A stretch of DNA of 64,000 bases from an uncultured delta proteobacterium (GCA_963735595.1 CAVTLK010000002.1:128001-192000); one strand, 5' to 3'; positions 1-10,475 are shown, counted from the stretch's first letter. Notes: generated from the letters alone by a model not told the origin. Numbers and translations: made by a program.

Positions 1-1181
1 GAGGGCTTGTAGCGTGCGACGAGCCGGGAGGTCGTGCCCGACGAGGTGGGCGTAATGATGGCGGCGGCGTTCAGGTGCTGGGCCGTGTGGTAGGCCGCGT
101 GGCAGACGGCCCGGGTGATGTCGTCCTCCCGGTAGGCATAGGACTTGATCGGCCATTGCACGGGAAAGGGCGCAACGGCGGCCGCGGCAATCCGCGCCAT
201 GACGGCCACCACGAGGGCCGGGTTCTTGCCCACGGCAGTCTCCTCGGAGAGCATGACGGCGTCCGTCCCATCCATAACGGCGTTGGCGACGTCGGCCACC
301 TCCGCCCGTGTCGGCCGCTGCTCCTGCACCATGCTTTCGAGCATCTGCGTTGCGGTGATAACGGGTTTGCCGACGGCGTTGGCAAGATCGATCAGCCGTT
401 TCTGGACGTGCGGCACCTCTTCCAGGGGTGTCTCCACGCCCAGGTCGCCCCGGGCTATCATCAGGCCGTCGGCGGCCTCGATGATCGCCTCGATGTCGGC
501 CACCGCCTCGGCCTTCTCGATCTTGGCGATAACGTGTGTTCGTTTATTATGGGACGCGATGATATCCTTGACCCGCGTGATGTCGGCGGCCGACCGCACA
601 AACGAGACGGAGACCCAGTCGACGCCGGCCGCGAGCCCGAAGGCGAGGTCCTCTTCGTCCTTTTTCGTCAGGGACGGCGCCGAAAGCGCCGTGTCCGGGA
701 AGTTGACCCCCTTTCGCGACGTGACAAGGCCGCCTTCCACAACATGGGCGGTCACGTGACCCGCCGTCACGTCCTCTACCCGGAGCTCGATTGTCCCGTC
801 GGCAATGAATATCCGGTGTTTCGGTTTCACCTCCCGGGCGAGCGGATAGGAGATCGGGATGATCGTCTGTCCGCCTGCCTCCTCGTCGGACGAGTCCGAC
901 CCCCTGAGGATAACGGTCTGGCCTTCTTTTAGCTCGATCTTCCGCTCGCCGATATCACCCACGCGGATCTTGGGGCCGGCAAGGTCCATCATGATCCCGA
1001 GGGGGCGTTTGAGGATTTGCTCGACCTGCCTGACGTGGTCTATGGTTTGCTGATGATCACCGTGGGTGCCGTGAGAGAAGTTGATACGCGCACAGTCCAT
1101 CCCGGCGCGCGCCATCTCTTCGATCATCTCCCGTGATCGGGAAGCGGGACCGATAGTACAGACGATCTTGGTGGGTCTCAT
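1..1181 (-). CDS. pyk: Pyruvate kinase (runs off the window start)
   Basis: Hand translation from ATG at 1181: MRPTKIVCTIGPASRSREMIEEMARAGMDCARINFSHGTH, later MDLAGPKIR, IAKIEK, ARGDLG, ATQMLESM. ATGA overlap with the lgt stop. Missing from the ORF track because there is no stop in the window. Confidence 0.97.
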   Translation of the reverse strand, partial: MRPTKIVCTIGPASRSREMIEEMARAGMDCARINFSHGTHGDHQQTIDHVRQVEQILKRPLGIMMDLAGPKIRVGDIGERKIELKEGQTVILRGSDSSDEEAGGQTIIPISYPLAREVKPKHRIFIADGTIELRVEDVTAGHVTAHVVEGGLVTSRKGVNFPDTALSAPSLTKKDEEDLAFGLAAGVDWVSVSFVRSAADITRVKDIIASHNKRTHVIAKIEKAEAVADIEAIIEAADGLMIARGDLGVETPLEEVPHVQKRLIDLANAVGKPVITATQMLESMVQEQRPTRAEVADVANAVMDGTDAVMLSEETAVGKNPALVVAVMARIAAAAVAPFPVQWPIKSYAYREDDITRAVCHAAYHTAQHLNAAAIITPTSSGTTSRLVARYKP

Positions 1182-2044
1182 CGCCGTTCGCCTTTCTTAT
1201 GCGGTTTTGGTGCTCCCTTCTTCGTAAGGGCTTCCTTCTTCATGGGAGACTCTTTCTTCGCGGGGACTTCTTTCTTCGTGAGGACAAAGGCGACCATGAC
1301 GGCGCCCAGAAGGATCATCGGCGCCGAGAGGACCTGCCCCATGGTCAGGGGACCGACGATGAACCCGAGCTGGGCGTCCGGCTCCCGAAAGAACTCGTTG
1401 ATGAACCGGAAGAGCCCGTAGAAGAGGAAGAAGGACCAGAAGGGGATACCCCGCCGTGCGCCGCGCACGTTCATGAGAAAGAGGATCAGAAACAGGAGAA
1501 ACCCCTCGGTCAGCGATTCGTAGAGCTGCGACGGGTGGCGGCAGACCGGGCCACCCCCGGGGAAGACCATGCACCAGGGGACGTCGGTAGCCCTCCCGAA
1601 CAGCTCACCGTTGATGAAGTTTCCGATCCTGCCCAGCCCGATCCCGATGGGGGCGCCGGCCACGACGATATCAGCGACGTCTAGGAACGGGACCTTTTTC
1701 TTCCACGAGTAGTAGATCGTCCCGATAAAGACGCCGATAAAACCCCCGTGGAAAGACATCCCCCCCTCCCAGAGGGCGAGTATCTTGAGGGGATTGACGA
1801 GATAGAAGCCGGGGGCGTAGAAGAGGCAATAGCCGATCCTCCCCCCCACGATGACGCCCAGCATCGCGTAAAAGATGAAGTCCCAGAGATCGTCACCGGA
1901 CAGCTTTACCTTCTTCCTGACGGCAAGGTACTGCATGACAAGAAAGCCGATGATAAACCCGAGCAGGTACATCATCCCGTACCAGCGGATCTGGATCTTC
2001 CATATCGAGAATATAATCGGGTCTATGTTGGGATAGGGTATCAT
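1178..2044 (-). CDS. lgt: Prolipoprotein diacylglyceryl transferase
   Basis: IRWYG, GGRIGY, GGMSFHGG, GRIGNFINGELFGR and HPSQLYE motifs; multiple TM segments. Confidence 0.97.
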   Translation of the reverse strand: MIPYPNIDPIIFSIWKIQIRWYGMMYLLGFIIGFLVMQYLAVRKKVKLSGDDLWDFIFYAMLGVIVGGRIGYCLFYAPGFYLVNPLKILALWEGGMSFHGGFIGVFIGTIYYSWKKKVPFLDVADIVVAGAPIGIGLGRIGNFINGELFGRATDVPWCMVFPGGGPVCRHPSQLYESLTEGFLLFLILFLMNVRGARRGIPFWSFFLFYGLFRFINEFFREPDAQLGFIVGPLTMGQVLSAPMILLGAVMVAFVLTKKEVPAKKESPMKKEALTKKGAPKPHKKGERR

Positions 2045-2126
2045 GGCTATTCCTTGTTCAATAGTAACGGTGATAAGAAATCCGACCCGCCTGCGGGGGT
2101 TTGTCCCGGACGAATCGCCGCGCGGG

Positions 2127-3527
2127 CTATGACCCCGCCCGCTCCCGGAAGCGGGCGTAGGAGACCAGCGCCCGTGCGGCCCAGACGGCCCTGCCGGGGT
2201 CGGGGAATACCGGTATCCGCCGCTGCTCGAACGCGGCGTACCATCTCAGGAAGATCGAGCTCTCACCCCCCATAAAACACGCGATGACCGGTTTCCCGGG
2301 ATGCTCGTCACTAATCCGTGAGACGACGCCGGCGGCGTCGAAATCCGACTCCGGTATGAGGGTGAAGATGAGGATGAGTATATCCACGTCGGCCTGGCCG
2401 ATAAGCGCCCGGGCGATGACTTCGTAGGCCCGTTCGGGCCCGACGTTCTCGATGGCAAACCACATGTCCACGGGGTTCTTTACCCGCGCCCAGGCGGGGA
2501 AGACCGTTTCCATCGTTCGCCTGGTCTCTTCGGTCAGGGGAGGTGTCGTCAGGCTCGTTTCGCCGAGGGCGTCGGCCGTCAGGACGCACCCCACGCCGGT
2601 GATGGAGACCACGCCGATGCGCCCGCCGCGGGGAAGTGCGCAGAACGAAAAAACCTTCAGGGCGTCATAGAACCGGTCAAAGTCCGTCGCCCGGGTGGTC
2701 CCGAGAGACGCAAAGAGGCCGTCGTATATCGCGTCGTCCCCGGCCAGGCTGCCGGTATGGGAGGAGATGGCGTCGGCCCCCCGCTCGGTCCTGCCCGACT
2801 TGAGGGCCACGACCGGCTTTTTCTCCGAGACGGCGCGGACGGTCTCGAGGAAGCGCCTCCCGTCCCGGACTCCCTCCAGGTAGACGCCCACCACGTCGGT
2901 GGCGTGATCGTTCCCGAGAAACGATAATACTTCCGTCTCGTCCACGTCGGCCTTGTTGCCGAGGCAGGCCACCTTGGCAACGGAGAAGTTCTGGGACGAT
3001 GTAATCCAGCGGAAGAACCCGGAGGCAAACATGCCGGTCTGCCCGAAAAACGATACCGTCCCCGGGCCGGGCTTTTCCAGGGTCGTGATGGACGTAACGA
3101 ACCGGTCTTTGACGTTTACCGTCCCGATGCTGTTGGGCCCCATGAGCCGCATATTAAACCGCGCCGCGATATCGACCACCTCGCGCTCGAGCCGCCTTCC
3201 CACCTCGTCGCCGGAGTCGGAAAAGCCGGCCGTGGAGATGATGACGCCCCTCACCCCCTTGGCGCCGCACTCTTCCATCGCCTTCGGCACCAGGTCGCGC
3301 GGGATGGCCATCATGGCCAGTTCAAGATCGCCGGGGACGTCCAGGACGCTCGGGTAGGTATCGTGGCCGAGGATTGTTCCGCCGCGCGGATTGATCGGAT
3401 AAATCGAACCTTCCCACCCGAACTCGTGGAGGTTCTGGATGACGATGTTTCCCCCCTTCTTGGGATTGTCCGATGCCCCGATGATCGCAAAACTCGCGGG
3501 GTTAAAGAAGATGTCGACGGGATACAT
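2127..3527 (-). CDS. Acetate/acyl-CoA ligase (ADP-forming) alpha-subunit family, CoA-binding protein
   Basis: AIIGASDNPKKGG, GPNSIG, LGNKADV, YLEG, LKSGRT, SHTGSLAG (phospho-His) and NPVD motifs. Confidence 0.88.
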   Translation of the reverse strand: MYPVDIFFNPASFAIIGASDNPKKGGNIVIQNLHEFGWEGSIYPINPRGGTILGHDTYPSVLDVPGDLELAMMAIPRDLVPKAMEECGAKGVRGVIISTAGFSDSGDEVGRRLEREVVDIAARFNMRLMGPNSIGTVNVKDRFVTSITTLEKPGPGTVSFFGQTGMFASGFFRWITSSQNFSVAKVACLGNKADVDETEVLSFLGNDHATDVVGVYLEGVRDGRRFLETVRAVSEKKPVVALKSGRTERGADAISSHTGSLAGDDAIYDGLFASLGTTRATDFDRFYDALKVFSFCALPRGGRIGVVSITGVGCVLTADALGETSLTTPPLTEETRRTMETVFPAWARVKNPVDMWFAIENVGPERAYEVIARALIGQADVDILILIFTLIPESDFDAAGVVSRISDEHPGKPVIACFMGGESSIFLRWYAAFEQRRIPVFPDPGRAVWAARALVSYARFRERAGS

Positions 3528-3641
3528 AAACGGTAGCTGCTCCTCGACAATATACGGGTGATAGAGCCGTCATGTCCTTTTTCGTCCGTAGCATGGGGTG
3601 ATATATGCACCGGCGCCGGCGCGCCCGTCCTGCTCCATTGC

Positions 3642-4322
3642 CTACGGCGTTGTCCTGTCCTTGTTTTCTATCGTCTCGTTGACCCGGTCGATCGCGGCGC
3701 CGAGCGTCGTCTTATCGGGCAACGGCGTGGCCGGATTATAGGCCCGGAGCTTTTCCACGATCCTTTCAGCGCCCTTGGTATCGCCCGTCCCGGCGTATCC
3801 CTCCGCCATAAGGCAGGCCGCCAGGAGTCCGTAGGGCTCAAGCTCTCTTGCGTGGGACGAGAGTATGGGGTCTTCGGAAAGCTCCGTAATGTCGGCCGAC
3901 AGGCGGCCCGAAGCGTCTATGAGGGCGGCGTAGTAACCGGCCTTTCTTATGGCGACGAGGTTCTTAACCGCACGGTCGGCGTAGTCGACCAGCTCATCCG
4001 CTGTAAAAATGCGGGCGAGCCCCCGGCCGCCCGTAGACGGGGCGATGAACTGCCCGAAGACCCAGCCGGCCTTGCCCCGGTAGTTGATGCCGTACCAGTA
4101 GTCGCTGAAACCCTCTACCCGGTCCGGCGCGGGCTTTCGGCCGAGGATCTCCACCGCGACGCCCTCTCCCAGAAGCCCGACGGTTGGGGAATCTCCCGCC
4201 GCCGACTCATGTATCTGCACGCGGGAGCCGATGACGACCGCGCTTCGCTCGATCGCGGGGCAGTAGCCCGCCGCGATTGCGACGATACCGATGACAAGGA
4301 GTAGGGTGATTAACTGCTTCAT
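3642..4322 (-). CDS. Secreted protein with bacterial SH3 domain
   Basis: Signal peptide; VEILGR...YWYGINYRGKAGWVFGQFI SH3b-like pattern. Confidence 0.7.
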   Translation of the reverse strand: MKQLITLLLVIGIVAIAAGYCPAIERSAVVIGSRVQIHESAAGDSPTVGLLGEGVAVEILGRKPAPDRVEGFSDYWYGINYRGKAGWVFGQFIAPSTGGRGLARIFTADELVDYADRAVKNLVAIRKAGYYAALIDASGRLSADITELSEDPILSSHARELEPYGLLAACLMAEGYAGTGDTKGAERIVEKLRAYNPATPLPDKTTLGAAIDRVNETIENKDRTTP

Positions 4323-5143
4323 GGTACGCTCCTATTCTTACGCGCCGAGACGGCCGGCGTCATATCGGGGACCTTCCCATACCACGACTGAATCTCACAG
4401 AAGAGGATGGTTGCGCCGACGACGGTCAGGGGAATGACGACGAAATTGAAAAACGGAATCACGACCGATACAAGCGCCCCCGCCCCGAAACCGAGGCACG
4501 AGGCGCTGTGCCGGAAGATAAACCGACATTTCACGGCAAACGGGAGCCTCCTCCTGGCCAGGGAATAGTCGAGGTTATCGTACGCGAGAAAGAACATCGT
4601 GATGATATTGCCGAAGACCAGATAGAATATCTTGCCGATGATGGGAATGAGAAAGATGATAAGCAGAAACAGCAGGAGCAGCAGCATAACGGCCGTCCGC
4701 TTGAGCTCGTTCTTCATTGAGATGATTATGTCTTTAGTCAGGAGGCGAAACGAAAAGGGTTCTTCCCGCCGTACCCCCTCGAATACCTGTTCGGTTTTCT
4801 GGGAGAGCACCTCGTTAAACGGCACGCAGATAATGCCGGCCAGTATGTAAAAAACCAATGCGCCGAAAAGGACGAGCGCCAGCACCAGCATAATCTGGAT
4901 CGCATGGGACAGGACCACCCAGTACCACTGATCCTGTGCCGGTATGATACGGTCGGCCAGGCTTTCTGAAAGATGCATCCCCACGAAGAAGACCGCCAGG
5001 ACCAGGACGATGTTGATGAGGGTGGGAAACACGGCGTACGCGAGGAGCCGCGGGTGCGCTAGGAGGAACCGCAATCCTCGTATGGGGGCAAAGAGCCCCC
5101 CGACGAACCTGCGGATAATTCCCGGGGGATGCGCCGCGCTCAT
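4319..5143 (-). CDS. EI24/CysZ-family membrane protein
   Basis: Hydrophobic; PFNEVLSQKTE, YDNLDYSLARR and GFG...IPFFNFVVIPLTVVGAT resemble CysZ. Confidence 0.8.
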   Translation of the reverse strand: MSAAHPPGIIRRFVGGLFAPIRGLRFLLAHPRLLAYAVFPTLINIVLVLAVFFVGMHLSESLADRIIPAQDQWYWVVLSHAIQIMLVLALVLFGALVFYILAGIICVPFNEVLSQKTEQVFEGVRREEPFSFRLLTKDIIISMKNELKRTAVMLLLLLFLLIIFLIPIIGKIFYLVFGNIITMFFLAYDNLDYSLARRRLPFAVKCRFIFRHSASCLGFGAGALVSVVIPFFNFVVIPLTVVGATILFCEIQSWYGKVPDMTPAVSARKNRSVP

Positions 5144-6462
5144 CCGGCAACCTCCGGGGCTATGAAGACCAGGCGGATATCCATAACGTTGGTCCTCGTA
5201 GGGCCGGTAACTATCAGGTCGTCGAGTGCTTTGAAAAAGGTATACGAATCGTTGCTATTGAGATACGTCGCCGCGTCCAGTCCCTTTTCCCTTGCCCGGG
5301 CGACGGTGTCAGGCGCCGTAAAGGCGCCGGCGGCGTCGGTCGGCCCGTCGGTTCCGTCGCTGCCGCAAAACAGGCCGAAGACGCCGGGCACTGCCTCGGT
5401 CTCCCGCGCGAACGCGAGGGCGCATTCGGTGTTCCTGCCTCCGACGCCCAACCCCATGACCGTGACCGTGGTCTCCCCGCCCGAAATGAGGCAGGCCGGG
5501 GGCGCGACCGGCCGGCCGTAACGCGCGACCTCCCGGGCGACGGCGGCGTGAAAACGGGCCAGTTCGTGGGTATCTCCGGCAAACGATGATGAAAGAACGA
5601 CGGAGGCATATCCGAGGGCGCCTGCGCGGTTATGCGCCGCGGTGAGCGCCGCCGCGGCGTTCCCGATAACGGTATTGGTGACGCCGTCAAAGACGGCGTC
5701 GCCCGGCTTGGGAGTTTCGGGGATGTCCGATTTTGCGCCTGCGGCCAGGTGCCGCGTGACGGAATGCGGGACCCGCTCGCCGAGCCCGTATCGCGCCAGA
5801 ACCGCCAACGCTTCGGCAAAGGTGGTCGGGTCGGGGGCGGTGGGGCCGGATGCGATGACGGAGATGTCGTCGCCGACCACGTCCGAAAGGATGAGCGACA
5901 CCAGCCGGGCGGGGTGGGCATGACGGGCGAGCCTGCCCCCCGAGAAGGCGGAGAGGTGCTTGCGCACGGTGTTGATCTCGTGTATGTCGGCCGATGATTC
6001 GATGAGGAGCCGGTTGGTTTCGGCAAGATCGGGCAGCGTCAGGCCGTCGGCGGGAAGACTCGTCAGCGCCGAGCCGCCGCCTGATATCAGCACGAGCACG
6101 AGGTCCTCCCGGGATCTCCCCGTGACCATGTCAATGATCCGTTGTGTTGCGGCGGCCCCGTTTTCGTCCGGTATGGGGTGGCCGGCCTCGAGGATCTCAA
6201 AACGCGCCGCCGGATCACCGTGGCCGTACTTGGTCACGGCGATGCATCCGGCGATGCGATCCCCCATGATCTCGGTTACCGCCTCGACCATCGGCAGGGC
6301 CGCCTTACCAAGCCCGACCACATAGACGCGGCGGTACACGCCGATTGTTTCGGCGAGATCCGAGAGAGCCCGCCTGACCACCGCCTTCGGATCGACGCTC
6401 GCCACACAGCTCCGAAAGATATCGAGGGCCTGTTGTTTCACTCGCCGGTGCGCGTCATTCAT
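5140..6462 (-). CDS. Glycerate 2-kinase (MOFRL/TtuD family)
   Basis: GLGKAA, EAGHPIPD, LISGGGSAL, SDVVGDD, IASGPT, GGETTV, GGRN, DGTDG and TGPTRTNVMD motifs. Confidence 0.93.
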   Translation of the reverse strand: MNDAHRRVKQQALDIFRSCVASVDPKAVVRRALSDLAETIGVYRRVYVVGLGKAALPMVEAVTEIMGDRIAGCIAVTKYGHGDPAARFEILEAGHPIPDENGAAATQRIIDMVTGRSREDLVLVLISGGGSALTSLPADGLTLPDLAETNRLLIESSADIHEINTVRKHLSAFSGGRLARHAHPARLVSLILSDVVGDDISVIASGPTAPDPTTFAEALAVLARYGLGERVPHSVTRHLAAGAKSDIPETPKPGDAVFDGVTNTVIGNAAAALTAAHNRAGALGYASVVLSSSFAGDTHELARFHAAVAREVARYGRPVAPPACLISGGETTVTVMGLGVGGRNTECALAFARETEAVPGVFGLFCGSDGTDGPTDAAGAFTAPDTVARAREKGLDAATYLNSNDSYTFFKALDDLIVTGPTRTNVMDIRLVFIAPEVAG

Positions 6463-6511
6463 GGTATGGTGGAATCCGAAAAGGGTTTGGGCGGCGTTAC
6501 CGTTAAAAACC

Positions 6512-6540
6512 TTGATTTTTCGACGACGATTTCCTATAAT
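6512..6540 (+). promoter_or_regulatory. sigma70-type promoter upstream of the zinc-ribbon gene cluster
   Basis: TTGATT-N17-TATAAT. Confidence 0.6.
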
Positions 6541-6611
6541 GAGGCAATTCTTGCATAACCGAGGGGCAAAATCAATAGTTAAATTCTTCCGGTGACGGTT
6601 GGGGGTGTGTT

Positions 6612-7919
6612 ATGAAGATCACCTGCCCGCATTGCGGCCTCGTCGGTAATATCGGCGAGGAAAAGCTACAGGCCTCCTCGGGAAGTGTCAGATGCCCGCG
6701 CTGCCATAAGGCCTTTGCCCCCGGCGGCGAAAAACCCTCCGCAGGGGCCGACGGCCCGCCCAAAGGGCGAGGTGCTCCTCCCGGCAAGAAAACGGCAAAG
6801 AAAGCCCCCGTCCTCTTCGGCGCCCGTTCGGGCGACGATATCCCCTTTACCAAGATCATGGAAGAAAGCCAGTTGATATCGGATCAGGACCTCACCATCG
6901 AGATCGAGGAGGTGGAGGCGATCGATATACCGGAGGAGATCGGCGCCGAAGAGGTCATCTCGCTCGGGGAGGATGACATTGTCCCGGACTCCGGCGCCTG
7001 GCGCGACCGCGGGCAGGGCAACGTCGGAGATGAAGCGGCCGATATCCCCGTCGACGATATCGTCGGGTCGATGACAGGCGACATCCCCGATTCGCCGATC
7101 CCGGCGGTATTGGAAGACGCCCCGGTAGTGGAGCCGGCAAAACCGCACACAGGTCTTTCCGGCCTCTTCGGTGCCGGACGGAAGGAATCGGTCGATGTAC
7201 GGCCTCCCCTATCGGTGCGGCCGGCGCCCCGGGTGGCGGGCCTGAGAAAGGGATTTGTCCTTTTCCTGATCATCGTCCTGGCCCTGTGGGGGGGGTATTG
7301 GTTCTTTTCCACTTACTGGCCGCCCTACGCCCAGGAAAAGGGATTCCTCTCCGATTCGCGGGCCCTGTTTGATAAATACCACGAGCTGCGGGTATATCTT
7401 AAGGTCGGGATGCCCGATCCGGTCTTTGCCACGAAGGTGGCCGAGGCCGCCTATTACTGGGAGGTCTACCGGGAGAAGCACGAGGCGAATTATCAGAAAG
7501 ACCCGTTGTTTGCCTCACTGATGGTTATGGGGAGGCTTTTCCTGACCATCAAGGAGCTCCTGGACAGGGACATGTACCCGGATAATTACCTGGGGCTCGA
7601 ATGGGGCGAGGGTTTTGCCTTCCCGATGAAGGAAGACTATGTCAATGCGATGGTGGCGGGTATACCGATCTGCATCAGCGCGGCCGAGGAGAACTTCGTC
7701 TTTTCAAAGAAGATACTCGATCACACGGGCGGCCTTACGTTCATCTCCATGACCGCCGCCGATATCCTCAACACGCCCGTCGGGCCGTCCCGGGCGGACT
7801 ATGCCGCCGACCTGAAGCGCGCAAACAAGGTGTTCATTGGCCTTGATACGCAGATGCCCGTCCTCGCGAAGGCGGTTGCCGATGTGCGGATTATTTTGAA
7901 CAAGCTTCCGGGCAAATGA
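6612..7919 (+). CDS. MJ0042-type zinc-ribbon membrane protein
   Basis: N-terminal CPHC...VRCPRC, acidic disordered linker, one TM helix, periplasmic helical domain. Confidence 0.75.
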   Translation: MKITCPHCGLVGNIGEEKLQASSGSVRCPRCHKAFAPGGEKPSAGADGPPKGRGAPPGKKTAKKAPVLFGARSGDDIPFTKIMEESQLISDQDLTIEIEEVEAIDIPEEIGAEEVISLGEDDIVPDSGAWRDRGQGNVGDEAADIPVDDIVGSMTGDIPDSPIPAVLEDAPVVEPAKPHTGLSGLFGAGRKESVDVRPPLSVRPAPRVAGLRKGFVLFLIIVLALWGGYWFFSTYWPPYAQEKGFLSDSRALFDKYHELRVYLKVGMPDPVFATKVAEAAYYWEVYREKHEANYQKDPLFASLMVMGRLFLTIKELLDRDMYPDNYLGLEWGEGFAFPMKEDYVNAMVAGIPICISAAEENFVFSKKILDHTGGLTFISMTAADILNTPVGPSRADYAADLKRANKVFIGLDTQMPVLAKAVADVRIILNKLPGK

Positions 7920-7920
7920 G

Positions 7921-8733
7921 GTGACGATGGTGAAAACCGGGACTATACTGTCGGTCTGGGCGACTCTGTTACTGTTGCTTTGGGGGGGGGCGGCTTCGGC
8001 GGGCGGGTATGATGACATGGTGCTGGTTCCCGGTGGGGAGTTCGTCATGGGCAGCTCAACGGGTGATCTGGATGAGCAGCCGGAACACCGGGTCTTCGTA
8101 AAGGATTTTTTTATCGACTGTTTCGAGGCGACCAACGATGAGTACGCGGCCTTCCTCAACGCGATGGGAAATGTATCGGGAGCCGGCGTGCAGTATCTAT
8201 TCGTCGACAGCCCCGACTGCAGGATTTACCGGGCAAAGGGCACGTTTGTCGCGGAGGAGGGGTATGGCGACCACCCGGTGACTTTGGTGTCCTACTATGG
8301 AGCCGAGGCCTACGCGGGCTGGGCCGGGAAACGGCTTCCCACCGAGGCGGAGTGGGAGAAGGCGGCGCGCGGGGGGCTGGCGGACAAACAATACCCGTGG
8401 GGGGACGATATCACCACGCTCTCGGCCAATTTTGGAAGGAAGCGCATGGGGACGACCCCCGTTGGAACGTTTGCCCCGAACTCGTTGGGGCTTTACGATA
8501 TGTCGGGCAACGTCGCCGAGATGGTCGCCGACTACTACGCCGAGCGCTACTATCGAACGTCTCCCCCAGCCGATCCGAAGGGGCCGGAGACGGGAGAGGT
8601 GCACGCCGTCAGGGGCGGAAGCTGGCTCTCTGCGGCCGATGGAGTCGGTGTTTATGTTCGTGAGGCCGGGGCGCTTCCCTACATCTCTCTGCCGAACGTC
8701 GGATTTCGATGCGCTAAAGACGCCCCGTTATGA
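7921..8733 (+). CDS. Formylglycine-generating-enzyme (SUMF1/FGE-sulfatase) domain protein, secreted
   Basis: GEFVMGS, HPVTLVSY, RLPTEAEWEKAARGG, LYDMSGNVAE, RGGSW and GFRC motifs. Confidence 0.9.
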   Translation: MTMVKTGTILSVWATLLLLLWGGAASAGGYDDMVLVPGGEFVMGSSTGDLDEQPEHRVFVKDFFIDCFEATNDEYAAFLNAMGNVSGAGVQYLFVDSPDCRIYRAKGTFVAEEGYGDHPVTLVSYYGAEAYAGWAGKRLPTEAEWEKAARGGLADKQYPWGDDITTLSANFGRKRMGTTPVGTFAPNSLGLYDMSGNVAEMVADYYAERYYRTSPPADPKGPETGEVHAVRGGSWLSAADGVGVYVREAGALPYISLPNVGFRCAKDAPL

Positions 8734-8782
8734 TCCGGGGGGGCCGAACGACTCGCGCGATCCTCTTGAATATCAGTTCTGA

Positions 8783-9538
8783 TTGTCCTCATTTCAATTG
8801 AAACGGCCTGGCGTGCATACCATCGGCATCATCGCCGCCCTCAGGCAAGAAGTCGAGCCCTTCATCGAGGGCCTGGAAACCTCCCGCTCAATAACCGCCC
8901 GCCGGCTTGTGATCCATCAGGGAGAGATCTCGGGGCGGCCGGTCTCTCTGGTCATCTCCGGCGTTGGAAGAAAGGCGGCGGTAAATGCTACCGAGTCCCT
9001 CATCGAGTCATCCCGGCCGGCTCTCATCATTTCGACCGGCTTTGCCGGGGGGCTGGCGGAAGAAGCGGTGGCCGGTACCGCCGTTTACGGCAGTGATCTG
9101 GTCGACGATGCCGGAGGGCGTGTGACGTTTGGCGTTCCCGACGGGTTCGCGCTCCCGGAAGGGGGGGTGTGGGGCGTCATCCTCACGTCGCGGTATTTTA
9201 TTTCGGCCGTCGACCACCGGAGGCGGCTCCGGGATCGATTCGGGGCGGTGGCGGTCGATATGGAGAGCATCCACATCGGCCGGGTCGCCCGGGCGGCAGG
9301 GGTCCCCGTTATTGTCGCCCGTGTCATATCCGACGACCTCTCGGCAGAGCTCCCCGTCATGGGGTCGGTCATGGCCGGCGACGGACGGCTTGCAATCGGG
9401 CGGGCAATCGTATATTTCGCCCGCCATCCCGGCACGATTATCGGTTTCGTTCGGTTCATTGGTAACCTCACCGCCCACGCCCGTACGCTTGACGGTTGCC
9501 TCAGGCGGCTGATCGTGTCGCTGCCAACCGGGGGATAG
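8783..9538 (+). CDS. Nucleoside phosphorylase / MTA-SAH nucleosidase-like protein (PNP_UDP family)
   Basis: IGIIAAL..E, SGVG, TGFAGGL, AVDMES and RVISDD motifs; start codon uncertain. Confidence 0.8.
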   Translation: MSSFQLKRPGVHTIGIIAALRQEVEPFIEGLETSRSITARRLVIHQGEISGRPVSLVISGVGRKAAVNATESLIESSRPALIISTGFAGGLAEEAVAGTAVYGSDLVDDAGGRVTFGVPDGFALPEGGVWGVILTSRYFISAVDHRRRLRDRFGAVAVDMESIHIGRVARAAGVPVIVARVISDDLSAELPVMGSVMAGDGRLAIGRAIVYFARHPGTIIGFVRFIGNLTAHARTLDGCLRRLIVSLPTGG

Positions 9539-9638
9539 CGCGGGACGGCCTGAGGCGAAGGGACGCCGCGTGCGGTTATACGACCGGGAACCAACCGTAC
9601 GTACCGCATACGTACTGCGTACGTGCCCTGGGACGCAC

Positions 9639-9875
9639 ATGGATACCATCCAAAAATACTATCGGATCGACAGAAACGGCATAGCCATGCTCAAGTTCAT
9701 CCTGGAATCTTACGACAACGCTGCCCTGATGCGAACCGTTGACAAGGGGGGCTCGATCGTCGAACTCTCGGTGTCCCCCGGCTTTCTTTATGACGTGGAG
9801 GCGGTAATCGCCGAGCTCAGGGACGAGTTCAACATTCGGGAGGTTGAACGTCCCGAAGGCCTGGAGCCGTTATAA
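9639..9875 (+). CDS. DUF4911-like small protein
   Basis: MDTIQKYYRIDRNGIAMLKFILESYDNAALMRTVD pattern; ATG at 9639. Confidence 0.7.
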   Translation: MDTIQKYYRIDRNGIAMLKFILESYDNAALMRTVDKGGSIVELSVSPGFLYDVEAVIAELRDEFNIREVERPEGLEPL

Positions 9876-9889
9876 CAGGAGGCGGTGCC

Positions 9890-10450
9890 ATGGGTGAAAT
9901 GACGTTTTCCGATCAACAGAAAAAGAAGCTGCTTGCCCTGGCGCGCAGGACGATCGAGGAGGGGGCGCGCGGCAAGAAGAAGCCGAAGGCAGAGCCGGAT
10001 GATACCCAACTGGCAATACCGGCCGGCGCCTTCGTATCGCTCCACAAGCGGGGGGGGCTCAGGGGCTGCATCGGCAGGTTCGAGGCCGATTCACCCCTTT
10101 ACCAGACCGTTGCCGATATGGCATGGGCCGCGTCGAAGAACGACCCGCGTTTCAACGAAGTCGGGAAGGAAGAGCTTCCCGATATCGATATCGAGATATC
10201 GGTACTCTCTCCCCTGAGAAAGATCTCGAACGTCAAAGAAATCGAAGTGGGCAGGCACGGGATATACATCATCCGGGGGGGGCGGCGCGGGACGCTCCTG
10301 CCCCAGGTGGCCCTGGAACAGGGGTGGGACCGGGAGGCCTTCCTGCGCCATACCTGCATGAAGGCGGGACTGCCGCCGGATGCGTATAAAGACGAGGGGA
10401 CCGAGATCTATATATACGACGCGCTGGTCTTCGGGGAAAAGGATCGGTGA
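9890..10450 (+). CDS. amrA: AmmeMemoRadiSam system protein A (AMMECR1 domain)
   Basis: LRGCIG, DPRF, EISVLSP, GRHG, LLPQVA and CMKAG motifs; GGAGG RBS. Confidence 0.93.
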   Translation: MGEMTFSDQQKKKLLALARRTIEEGARGKKKPKAEPDDTQLAIPAGAFVSLHKRGGLRGCIGRFEADSPLYQTVADMAWAASKNDPRFNEVGKEELPDIDIEISVLSPLRKISNVKEIEVGRHGIYIIRGGRRGTLLPQVALEQGWDREAFLRHTCMKAGLPPDAYKDEGTEIYIYDALVFGEKDR

Positions 10451-10475
10451 ACTTTCCGCGTCAGCCGCGGGGCAT

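Noticed and set aside
7921..8733. FGE/C-type-lectin-fold protein as a possible diversity-generating retroelement target
   Set aside because: No reverse transcriptase or template repeat is visible in the window.
9596..9625. CGTAC-rich palindromic cluster
   Set aside because: Too short and irregular to assign a function.
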